25,213 nucleotides of DNA from an uncultured virus (IMG/VR IMGVR_UViG_2744054782_000001) (Duplodnaviria; Heunggongvirae; Uroviricota; Caudoviricetes), in the IMG/VR virus record IMGVR_UViG_2744054782_000001; one strand, written 5' to 3'. The notes under the pieces are model-generated. The model was not told the origin of the DNA, made no database searches, and worked only from the letters and a program-made list of their open reading frames with translations. The translations under genes and the position numbers were made by a program. Below, piece by piece: positions 1 to 7,193 of the stretch (positions are counted from its first letter, which is position 1; each line of letters begins with the position of its first letter).

Positions 1-2
1 CC

Positions 3-323
3 CCAAAAGTCTCACGGCCCAAATGGCCACGCCAACACGCGCAACTCATACTCGCTGCAGGTGATGATCTGGCCCGCGAAGTGCTATGGGCAAAGGTTCC
101 GACAGGCTGGTGTGACATGGTGCAACTGCATATCTCCCAGGCCGAGGCACGCACAGAGTCGCACATTCAGCAAAGTGAGCAGTTACAGACGCGTGCAAGT
201 CCTACAGCGCCTGCCTTAGCTGAATACCAAGAACCCTCACGCCTACGTGGCAGCGCCATTGTCGCTAGCACTCATCTAGCCGCATTGCGTTCCGCCATAC
301 ACCCCTTGCGAGTAACTGCATGA
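3..323 (+). CDS. Hypothetical phage protein, 5'-truncated by the window edge
   Basis: The frame of the 81..323 ORF is open back to position 3 (PKVSRPKWPRQHAQLILAAGDDLAREVLWAKVP...). The stop overlaps the holin ATG (ATGA 320-323). Confidence 0.6.
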   Translation, partial: PKVSRPKWPRQHAQLILAAGDDLAREVLWAKVPTGWCDMVQLHISQAEARTESHIQQSEQLQTRASPTAPALAEYQEPSRLRGSAIVASTHLAALRSAIHPLRVTA

Positions 324-613
324 ATCTTCCGTTACCGAGGCGGCGTCCCCGTGCGCCCCGTATGACTAACTGGACACTGATCACCATCGCACTGCTGGTG
401 TGCCTGGCAATCGTTGCGCCAACCAAACTGCCGGTCGTTGTCTATAAATGTGGCTTGGTCACTCTAGGCGGTGTACTCGGCTACTGGATCGACCGTGCGT
501 TGTTCCCCTATGCCCGCCCGAACAGGGTTCGGTGCTATGAGCGCTCCATGGCCGGTATCCGCCGCGCCCTCGTCGTGCTGGCCTGCATCCTTGGCCTGAC
601 GCTGGGGCTTTGA
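320..613 (+). CDS. Putative holin (2/3-TM holin family)
   Basis: 97 aa with 2-3 hydrophobic segments and a GYWIDRALFPYARP motif; immediately upstream of the endolysin. Confidence 0.85.
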   Translation: MNLPLPRRRPRAPRMTNWTLITIALLVCLAIVAPTKLPVVVYKCGLVTLGGVLGYWIDRALFPYARPNRVRCYERSMAGIRRALVVLACILGLTLGL

Positions 614-615
614 GC

Positions 616-1248
616 ATGCGGCGAATATTTCTATACATAAGTGCAGTCTCGCTGACCTCTCTCTTCGGACTTGCGACAGGCGCGCCCGCTCACGCCGAAA
701 TTCCGGCCGACGCTGAGCGCTACCGCCGCGACCTGATCCGCATCGCCCAGGCGGAATGGGGCCTTGATGCTCCGGTGGCGACCTTCGCCGCACAGATCCA
801 TCAGGAAAGCCGCTGGCGATTCGATGCGAAATCGCCGGTCGGTGCGCAAGGCTTGGGCCAAGTGATGCCCTCGACCGCCACATGGCTTGCCCAACTATTC
901 CCCAAAGCGCTGGGCAGTATCGAACCGTTTAACCCTACGTGGTCAATGCAGGCACTCGTCAGTTACGACCGCTGGTTAGCGGATCGTAACCGCGCGCGCA
1001 GTACTTGCGAACAAGGGGCATTCATCCTCGCCAGCTACAACGGCGGACTGGGCTGGGTCATCCGTGACCGCAAGTTGGCATTGGCAAAAGGCGCCGATCC
1101 GCTGACATGGTTCAACTCGGTCGAACGGCACAACGCTGGTCGTTCGGCCGCGGCCTTCAAAGAAAACCGCCAGTACCCGCGCTTGATCTTGCTGCGCTGG
1201 GAAGCGTTGTACGTCGCAAACGGCTGGGGCCAAGGATTGTGCCAATGA
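616..1248 (+). CDS. Endolysin, SLT-family lytic transglycosylase with N-terminal export signal
   Basis: Motifs AQIHQESRW (catalytic Glu), GAQGLGQVMPST and ASYNGGLG; hydrophobic N-terminus ending AHA-E. ATG 616 preferred over TTG 610. Confidence 0.92.
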   Translation: MRRIFLYISAVSLTSLFGLATGAPAHAEIPADAERYRRDLIRIAQAEWGLDAPVATFAAQIHQESRWRFDAKSPVGAQGLGQVMPSTATWLAQLFPKALGSIEPFNPTWSMQALVSYDRWLADRNRARSTCEQGAFILASYNGGLGWVIRDRKLALAKGADPLTWFNSVERHNAGRSAAAFKENRQYPRLILLRWEALYVANGWGQGLCQ

Positions 1249-1787
1249 AAACCATGCTGGCTCTTTTCAGCTCGGCCACTTGGTATGTGGCGTTGATTGT
1301 CGCAGTGGTTTATGGCCTGCACGTTTACCGCCAGGAAGGCTATGACGAAGGCTTCGCGCTGGCCACCGCCGTGGGTGATAAGGCCACCGCCGAACTTCGC
1401 GAATCCTTCACCAGCGAAAAACTTGGATTAGCCCAAGCCGCCGCAGATACCGCGAACAACGCCCTTTTTGATCTGCGTGCTCAACAAACCAAGAACAACC
1501 AACTCACCAGCCAACTCGCTGACAGCAAAGAACGTCTGCGCAAAACCACCGACAAGCTCACAGGGGAAATAGCCCATGTCACCCAACTTTACCGGCGCGC
1601 CCTGGATGCGCCGCGTGAGCCGTTACCTGGTGCTGTGTTCACTGTCGGCTTTGTCCGCGTGTGGAACACTGCAAACGGTATCCGTTCCGCAATGCCAGCC
1701 CCGAACGACACCAGCGGACTTGCTGCGCCGCCCGGCGGAACCGGAACCACTTACACCGATGAACGCCAGCGAAGCAACAATCGCTGA
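1245..1787 (+). CDS. i-spanin (Rz-like), apparently C-terminally truncated or frameshifted
   Basis: ATGA overlap with the endolysin stop; one N-terminal TM helix, GYDEG motif, long coiled coil, FTVGFVRVWN motif; ends in an atypical TYTDERQRSNNR tail. Confidence 0.8.
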   Translation: MKTMLALFSSATWYVALIVAVVYGLHVYRQEGYDEGFALATAVGDKATAELRESFTSEKLGLAQAAADTANNALFDLRAQQTKNNQLTSQLADSKERLRKTTDKLTGEIAHVTQLYRRALDAPREPLPGAVFTVGFVRVWNTANGIRSAMPAPNDTSGLAAPPGGTGTTYTDERQRSNNR

Positions 1788-1914
1788 CGACCTCGACTCC
1801 GGTATTCACCAAGCCGAGATCCTGACTAACCAAGTACGCAATGCCGAGCTGCATGGCATCTGTCGAGCGCAACTCGACAACCTGATTGATTGGACACGCA
1901 ATGGAAGCAACTGA
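1576..1914 (+). CDS. o-spanin (Rz1-like) lipoprotein in the +1 frame of Rz (start 1576 or 1606)
   Basis: Signal MRRVSRYLVLCSLSA with lipobox LSA-C, followed by a Pro-rich segment (PQCQPRTTPADLLRRPAEPEPL); begins inside Rz. Confidence 0.8.
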   Translation: MSPNFTGAPWMRRVSRYLVLCSLSALSACGTLQTVSVPQCQPRTTPADLLRRPAEPEPLTPMNASEATIADDLDSGIHQAEILTNQVRNAELHGICRAQLDNLIDWTRNGSN

Positions 1915-2119
1915 TGAAGCCAGCCTGCTGGAGGCCCTCCACAACGACTCCGCTTTAGCGGCGCATTTGGCACAACGGGAAACCTTGACTGGCCCGTCCG
2001 CCGAATTCTGCCAAGCGGCTGATTGCGACATGCCGATCCCCGAAGACCGGCGCCAAGCCGTCGAGGGCGTACAACATTGCGCGCTCTGCCAAATGCGTCG
2101 TGAAAGGAACCAATTCTGA
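1901..2119 (+). CDS. TraR/DksA-family C4 zinc-finger protein
   Basis: CQAADC...PIPEDRRQA..GVQHCALCQ; N-terminal EATDEA resembles the DxxDxA motif; TGATG coupling to the next gene. Confidence 0.88.
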   Translation: MEATDEASLLEALHNDSALAAHLAQRETLTGPSAEFCQAADCDMPIPEDRRQAVEGVQHCALCQMRRERNQF

Positions 2120-2430
2120 TGACAACAATTGAGATGCCGCTTTGGCAGATGATCACCTTGGGCGGCACCATCCTGGGGGCGTTTGTCGGCATGGTAAAGA
2201 TGCTGCTGGTGCAAATGGAACGGCGCCTGGATCAGCGATTCGCGGTTGTCGACAGGGACAGCGATCGCCTGCGCGAAGTTGAAATCGGACTGGAGCGTTT
2301 GCGTGGCGAGATGCCCTTGAATTATGTCCGCCGCGAAGATTGGGTGCGCAATCAATCCATCATCGAAGCCAAGCTCGACGGCTTGGCGCTCAAGTTAGAG
2401 AACGTTCAGCTCAAAGGACTACGCCCATGA
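2119..2430 (+). CDS. Membrane-anchored coiled-coil protein at the Mu gp25 position
   Basis: One N-terminal TM helix then a heptad-rich region with YVRREDW; coupled to genes on both sides. Confidence 0.7.
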   Translation: MTTIEMPLWQMITLGGTILGAFVGMVKMLLVQMERRLDQRFAVVDRDSDRLREVEIGLERLRGEMPLNYVRREDWVRNQSIIEAKLDGLALKLENVQLKGLRP

Positions 2431-2738
2431 ACATCGATCCAGCCAAAGCGCGTCGGGAATCCCTGCGCTGGTACATCATTCTGACCCTTAATACTTCGCG
2501 CCCCGTTGATCCTCACGAAGCCGTGGTGCTCTCGACCATTCAGGGCATCTTCCCAGACGTCACCAGTCTGGAGCTACGACGCGAACTCGACTACCTGGAA
2601 GATCGCAGTCTAGCCACACTGGATAAACAACCCAGTGGCGTATGGATTTGTGGCCTGACCCACTACGGCGTCGATGTCGCCGAGTACACCATTCCTTGCA
2701 ATCCCGGTATTGCCCGCCCCGAAAAATACTGGAGCTGA
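2427..2738 (+). CDS. Mu gp26-like small protein (winged-helix-like)
   Basis: ATGA overlap at 2427-2430; RW.IL..L, ELDYLEDRSL and GLTHYGVDVAE...PGIARP motifs; directly before terS. Confidence 0.75.
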   Translation: MNIDPAKARRESLRWYIILTLNTSRPVDPHEAVVLSTIQGIFPDVTSLELRRELDYLEDRSLATLDKQPSGVWICGLTHYGVDVAEYTIPCNPGIARPEKYWS

Positions 2739-2742
2739 CCCC

Positions 2743-3255
2743 ATGCCGCCGCGCAGCAAAGTCGCCAGCCTGCCCAAGGCCGTTAAAGCCTGGCTCGACA
2801 AGGCACTGGCTGAAAACAGCTTCAGCGAATACGAAAGCCTCGCGGCCGAGTTGTCGGTCCAGGGCTTTTCGATCAGCAAGTCTGCGTTGCATCGCTATGG
2901 CCAAGACTTCGAGTCCAAGCTCTCCGCGCTCAAGGTCGCCAGCGAACAGGCACGCGCCGTAGTCGCGGCTGCACCAGATGAAGAAGGCGCCGTTAACGAG
3001 GCGTTGATGCGATTGGTACAGGAGCATTTGTTCAAGTTACTAATGACCGACGATAAGCCATTCGATTTGGCCAAGGTGGCCAAAGCTGTTGCGGAACTGG
3101 GCAAGGCCTCTATCGCGCAGAAGAAATGGCAGGCCGAGTATCGAGAAAAGGCCGAGGCAGCTGCATCGCGTGTCGAAAAAATCGCTAAGAAAGGTGGTTT
3201 GAATCAGGCGACGGTTGATGAAATCCGTCGCGAAATTCTGGGTGTTGCCGCATGA
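2743..3255 (+). CDS. Terminase small subunit (Mu gp27-like, DUF3486 type)
   Basis: MPPRSKVASLP start with GGAG RBS; HTH-like ISKSALHRY; C-terminal IRREILG. Confidence 0.85.
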   Translation: MPPRSKVASLPKAVKAWLDKALAENSFSEYESLAAELSVQGFSISKSALHRYGQDFESKLSALKVASEQARAVVAAAPDEEGAVNEALMRLVQEHLFKLLMTDDKPFDLAKVAKAVAELGKASIAQKKWQAEYREKAEAAASRVEKIAKKGGLNQATVDEIRREILGVAA

Positions 3256-3266
3256 GCCACCGACTG

Positions 3267-3743
3267 TTAACTCGCCCTCATTTCATCAGGGACGTACGAC
3301 AACTCTATTCCAAGGCCGTACCGGCATGCAGGGCAATGGAAAGACATGACACCGTCACTTGGGTTGAGTCCTTTGAAAACAGAGCGTTTTCCATTGTCAA
3401 AGCAATTAGTACAGCAAAAATGCTCAGGCTCAGTGCCTTTAAATTCGGGTTTGAGCGCATAGACCACCCTTCCTGGCCCCACCTTCAACAACTGGTAACG
3501 ATCCAGCACACTGGACTTATCCTTGACGGCTCTAAGTTCCTTTTTCAATTCCCCAACTTGATCAATAAGCGCCATCTGTTCTCGCTGCGCGGTCATCATC
3601 TGTTGTTGCAGTTCCATCAGGCTCGCGTTCAGATCAAATACGCGGCTTCTAATCACTTCTTCGTCACGGAGCGTAACCAAGCTTTTCGCGATATCAGTAG
3701 CCGATCTCGTGCTAGCCAATGCACCTGCAATCCAGTCAATCAT
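3267..3743 (-). CDS. Moron 1: coiled-coil plus zinc-ribbon hypothetical protein
   Basis: AAGGAG RBS upstream on the minus strand; N-terminal coiled coil, CTNC...CPAC pair; AT-richer than its flanks; inserted between terS and terL. Confidence 0.85.
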   Translation of the reverse strand: MIDWIAGALASTRSATDIAKSLVTLRDEEVIRSRVFDLNASLMELQQQMMTAQREQMALIDQVGELKKELRAVKDKSSVLDRYQLLKVGPGRVVYALKPEFKGTEPEHFCCTNCFDNGKRSVFKGLNPSDGVMSFHCPACRYGLGIELSYVPDEMRAS

Positions 3744-3802
3744 GGGACCTTCTCCTTATGTATTAGGGAACACACAAAGTTCTCCCCCAAGAGGGGGTCA
3801 GC

Positions 3803-5359
3803 ATGAGTGTTCCGATAATTCTGGAGAATACAGCCGTCTCATCACCTGTGCCTACAGTCCTATTGGACTACCAGAAAAGGTGGATAGGAATCCGCGCCCC
3901 GCTAAAGGTAGGCGAAAAATCTCGGCGCATTGGTCTCACCTGGGCAGAAGCAGCGGACAACGTGCTGGTTGCCGCTTCGGAGAAGTCTGCCGCAGGCCAG
4001 ACCGTCTACTACCTCGGCTACAACCAGGACATGACGGTTGAATACATTCAGGCCTGCGCAATGTGGGCCCGTGCATTCAACTATGCGGCCGGTGAAATCG
4101 AAGAAGGCATCTGGCCCGAAAGCGATCCAGACAAACACATCAAGACCTACACCATCACCTTCCCCAGCGGGCACCGTATCGTCGCGCTGACCAGTCGCCC
4201 GTCAAACCTGCGTGGTCGCCAAGGTGTCGTCGTGATCGACGAAGCAGCCTTCCACCAAGACTTGGCCGAACTACTGAAAGCTGCGCTGGCTCTGCTGATC
4301 TGGGGCGGCGAAGTGCACGTAATCAGCACGCACGACGGCACCGAAAATGCCTTCAACGAACTGATCAACGACATTCGTGCCGGGAAGCGTAAGGGCAAGC
4401 TGTTTCGTTGCGAGTTTCGCGACGCCGTAACAGATGGCCTTTATCAGCGTGTCTGTCTGCGCAAAGGCATCGAGTACAAAGCCAAAGAAGAAGCTGCCTG
4501 GGTGCAGGACGTGTACGACTTTTACGGCGATGCTGCCGAAGAGGAGCTGGACTGCGTACCGTCCCAGGGCGGCGGCGCCTTCCTGAGCCTGGCGCTGGTT
4601 GAACAACGCAGTAATCAGAAGGTGCCAGTTCTGCGTCTGGCATACCCACAAGGTTACGAGATCCTGCCCGAACACCTACGGTTAGCCGAGTCCCTGGAAT
4701 GGTGCGAAGAAAACCTCAAGCCGTTACTGGCCGCAATCCCGCTCGACGTACAAAGCTTCTACGGCATGGACTTCGCCCGTTCCGGCGACCTCTCGGTCAT
4801 CTGGCCGCTGGTCAAGGAACAAAACCTGCGCAAGCGCACCCCCTTCGTAGTCGAGCTGCGCAACGTTCCATTCAAGCAACAACGGCAAATCAAGTTCTAC
4901 ATCCTCGACCGCCTGCCCAACTTCCTGAAAGGCGCAGACGACGCAAGGGGCAACGGCTCCCAGCTCTCGGAAGAAACCGCGATTGAGTACGGCTTCAATC
5001 GCATTGAACGGGTGATGCTCACCGAAGGCTGGTATCGCGACAACATGCCGCCCTTCAAAGCAGCACTGGAAGACGACACCTTCTACGACATCCCGGCCGA
5101 CAAAGACGTAGTCAGCGACGTACGTGCCTTCCGCATGGTCAAGGGCGTAGCTCGCATACCGGAAAAACGCACCAACGAGAAAGGCGAAAAGTCAGGCCCC
5201 AAACGCCATGGCGACGCCGGTATCGCCGCCGTGCTGGCGGATTACGCCTCCCGTCAGGAAACAGAGATATTCGAATTTCACCGAGTCCAACCCGCATCCC
5301 AGCATGATCGCGAGATCAAGCTCGGCGCCGGTTGGCGCATCCAGAAAGGCATTTGGTAA
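3803..5359 (+). CDS. Terminase large subunit (Mu gp28-like)
   Basis: Walker A EKSRRIGLTW, LRGRQG, Walker B VVIDEAAFH, coupling motif IST, nuclease motifs GMDFARSGD and HGD. Confidence 0.96.
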   Translation: MSVPIILENTAVSSPVPTVLLDYQKRWIGIRAPLKVGEKSRRIGLTWAEAADNVLVAASEKSAAGQTVYYLGYNQDMTVEYIQACAMWARAFNYAAGEIEEGIWPESDPDKHIKTYTITFPSGHRIVALTSRPSNLRGRQGVVVIDEAAFHQDLAELLKAALALLIWGGEVHVISTHDGTENAFNELINDIRAGKRKGKLFRCEFRDAVTDGLYQRVCLRKGIEYKAKEEAAWVQDVYDFYGDAAEEELDCVPSQGGGAFLSLALVEQRSNQKVPVLRLAYPQGYEILPEHLRLAESLEWCEENLKPLLAAIPLDVQSFYGMDFARSGDLSVIWPLVKEQNLRKRTPFVVELRNVPFKQQRQIKFYILDRLPNFLKGADDARGNGSQLSEETAIEYGFNRIERVMLTEGWYRDNMPPFKAALEDDTFYDIPADKDVVSDVRAFRMVKGVARIPEKRTNEKGEKSGPKRHGDAGIAAVLADYASRQETEIFEFHRVQPASQHDREIKLGAGWRIQKGIW

Positions 5360-6912
5360 TGGCTGACTCCCGCATCGTCGACCAGTACGGTCGACCGATC
5401 CAGTACGACAAACTTACGGAAGAGCTTGCCACTGCCCGCACCACCGGCATACGCCAGGTTTGGCATCAGTCGGTGGCCACCGGCCTGACGCCGGGGCGGC
5501 TGGCCAACATCCTGCAAGGCGCTGCCGAGGGTTCAGCCCATGACTACCTGACCCTCGCCGAAGAAATGGAAGAACGGGATCTGCATTACGCCTCGGTGCT
5601 AGGTACACGCAAACTGGCTGTGTCCGGTTTATCGATCCGCGTTGAAGCCGCCAGCGACGACGCGGAAGACGTGCGCCGCGCCGACCAGCTCAAAGAGATT
5701 GTCGACTCACCCGAGTTCGGTGAACTGCAAGCCGACCTGACCGACGCCATGGGCAAAGGCTATGCGGTCTCCGAAATCATGTGGGATCGCAGCGGCAAGA
5801 CCTGGAACCCATCGCGCTTCGAACCCCGCGACCAGCGCTTCTTTCAGTTCGACCGCGACACGGGCCGCGAACTGCGGCTGCTCGATGAGGCCGACCCGGT
5901 CAACGGGATAGCCTTGGCCCCTTACAAATTTATCGTCCACCTGCCGCGCATTCGTTCGGGCCTGCCGATCCGAGGTGGACTGGCGCGCCTCGCGGCCGTT
6001 GGCTACATGTGCAAGGCGTGGACATGGAAAGATTGGATGGGCTTTGCCGACATCTTCGGCATGCCCATGCGTGTCGGCCGCTACGGACCTGGCGCGAGCA
6101 AGGACGATATTACAACGTTGATGTCAGCCGTGGCCAACCTCGGCAGCGATGCCGCCGCCGTCATCCCGGACAGCATGCGCATCGACTTTACCCAGGCCGC
6201 AAATGTCACGGGTGCCGGGGACTTCTTCAAAGGCCTGGCCGAGTGGTGGGACAAACAAGTCAGTAAAGCGGTGGTCGGCCAGACCATGTCCACCGATGAT
6301 GGCTCTAGTCAGGCCCAGGCAACCATCCACAACGAAGTACGCCTCGACCTGCTGCAAGCCGACGCCAAAGCCGAATCCAACACGCTAAATCGTTACTTCG
6401 TGCGGCCCTGGTGCGATCTGAATTTTGCACCGGGCCGAAAATATCCTCGACTGATCATCGACGTTCCGCAACCGGAGAACACCAAGCTACTGGTAGAGGC
6501 TCTGAAAGAACTTGTTCCGCTTGGGCTAGAGGTTGAGCAGTCCGTGATACGAGATAAACTCAGCATCCCCGAACCTGCGAAAGGCGCAAAGCTGCTGGGG
6601 AGCATGGCTCCTGTCGCAGCACCAGCATTATCACAGGCTGTCAATCGAGAGCAGACACCCAAACCAGCCGCAACAGTCGATATTGTCGATAACCAAGTGC
6701 GGACATTAGAACAGGCTGCCACTAATCCACTGGATGACATGGTCGAGCAGATCAAGGAGCTGCTCGATTCAGTCAACAGTCTGGAAGAGTTTCGGGATCG
6801 GTTGATTGAGACCTATCCGACTATGACCACCAATGAGTTGGCGGACGCTATTGCTGATGGGTTGGCAGCGGCCAGCTTGGCAGGCCGCAGTGACATTTTA
6901 CGCGGCTTATGA
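5359..6912 (+). CDS. Portal protein (Mu gp29/H-like, DUF935 type)
   Basis: TAATG coupling; IVDQYGRPI, EEMEERDLH, FGMPMRVGRY and HNEVR motifs. Confidence 0.95.
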   Translation: MADSRIVDQYGRPIQYDKLTEELATARTTGIRQVWHQSVATGLTPGRLANILQGAAEGSAHDYLTLAEEMEERDLHYASVLGTRKLAVSGLSIRVEAASDDAEDVRRADQLKEIVDSPEFGELQADLTDAMGKGYAVSEIMWDRSGKTWNPSRFEPRDQRFFQFDRDTGRELRLLDEADPVNGIALAPYKFIVHLPRIRSGLPIRGGLARLAAVGYMCKAWTWKDWMGFADIFGMPMRVGRYGPGASKDDITTLMSAVANLGSDAAAVIPDSMRIDFTQAANVTGAGDFFKGLAEWWDKQVSKAVVGQTMSTDDGSSQAQATIHNEVRLDLLQADAKAESNTLNRYFVRPWCDLNFAPGRKYPRLIIDVPQPENTKLLVEALKELVPLGLEVEQSVIRDKLSIPEPAKGAKLLGSMAPVAAPALSQAVNREQTPKPAATVDIVDNQVRTLEQAATNPLDDMVEQIKELLDSVNSLEEFRDRLIETYPTMTTNELADAIADGLAAASLAGRSDILRGL

Positions 6913-7131
6913 GACCACTTGATCAAAAATCAATTTAGTCAGCTTGTCCTTCTCGTCCAGCTCTGCAGACAAGTTTTTTATGTACTGATCAAAAAACCCC
7001 ACATCGAATCCGGGCTGTGCTTTTAGGACGTGGACTATGAAGACAAAGGCGTTGATAACTTCACCGACTTGTCCACCTATTTCACGGCCCAGCTCATGCC
7101 CTAATTCATTCAAATCAGTTTTATCAGTCAT
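6907..7131 (-). CDS. Moron 2: 74-aa hypothetical protein (alternative start 7173)
   Basis: AT-rich ORF filling the portal-MuF gap; stop overlaps the portal stop convergently; MTDKTDLNELGHELGREIGG... Confidence 0.65.
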   Translation of the reverse strand: MTDKTDLNELGHELGREIGGQVGEVINAFVFIVHVLKAQPGFDVGFFDQYIKNLSAELDEKDKLTKLIFDQVVS

Positions 7132-7193
7132 TTTTTGGTATCTCGTATTAGTCAGAAGTACGTTTTTTAACATACGTAACAGGAAAATTGCCA

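Noticed and set aside
320..364. Holin dual-start motif (Met1/Met15 with Arg-rich extension)
   Set aside because: No RBS before ATG 362, and the PRM position looks like part of the family motif; support is insufficient.
1107..1244. Longer N-terminus for Rz given by the ORF track
   Set aside because: It overlaps the endolysin; the ATGA-coupled ATG 1245 places the TM helix at the N-terminus.
1749..1782. 34-bp insert as a CRISPR spacer-like or IS footprint
   Set aside because: No flanking repeats, array or target-site duplication are visible.
6909..6938. Second bridge ORF starting at the portal ATGA across moron 2
   Set aside because: It stops after 9 codons, so the terS-terL bridge pattern does not repeat here.
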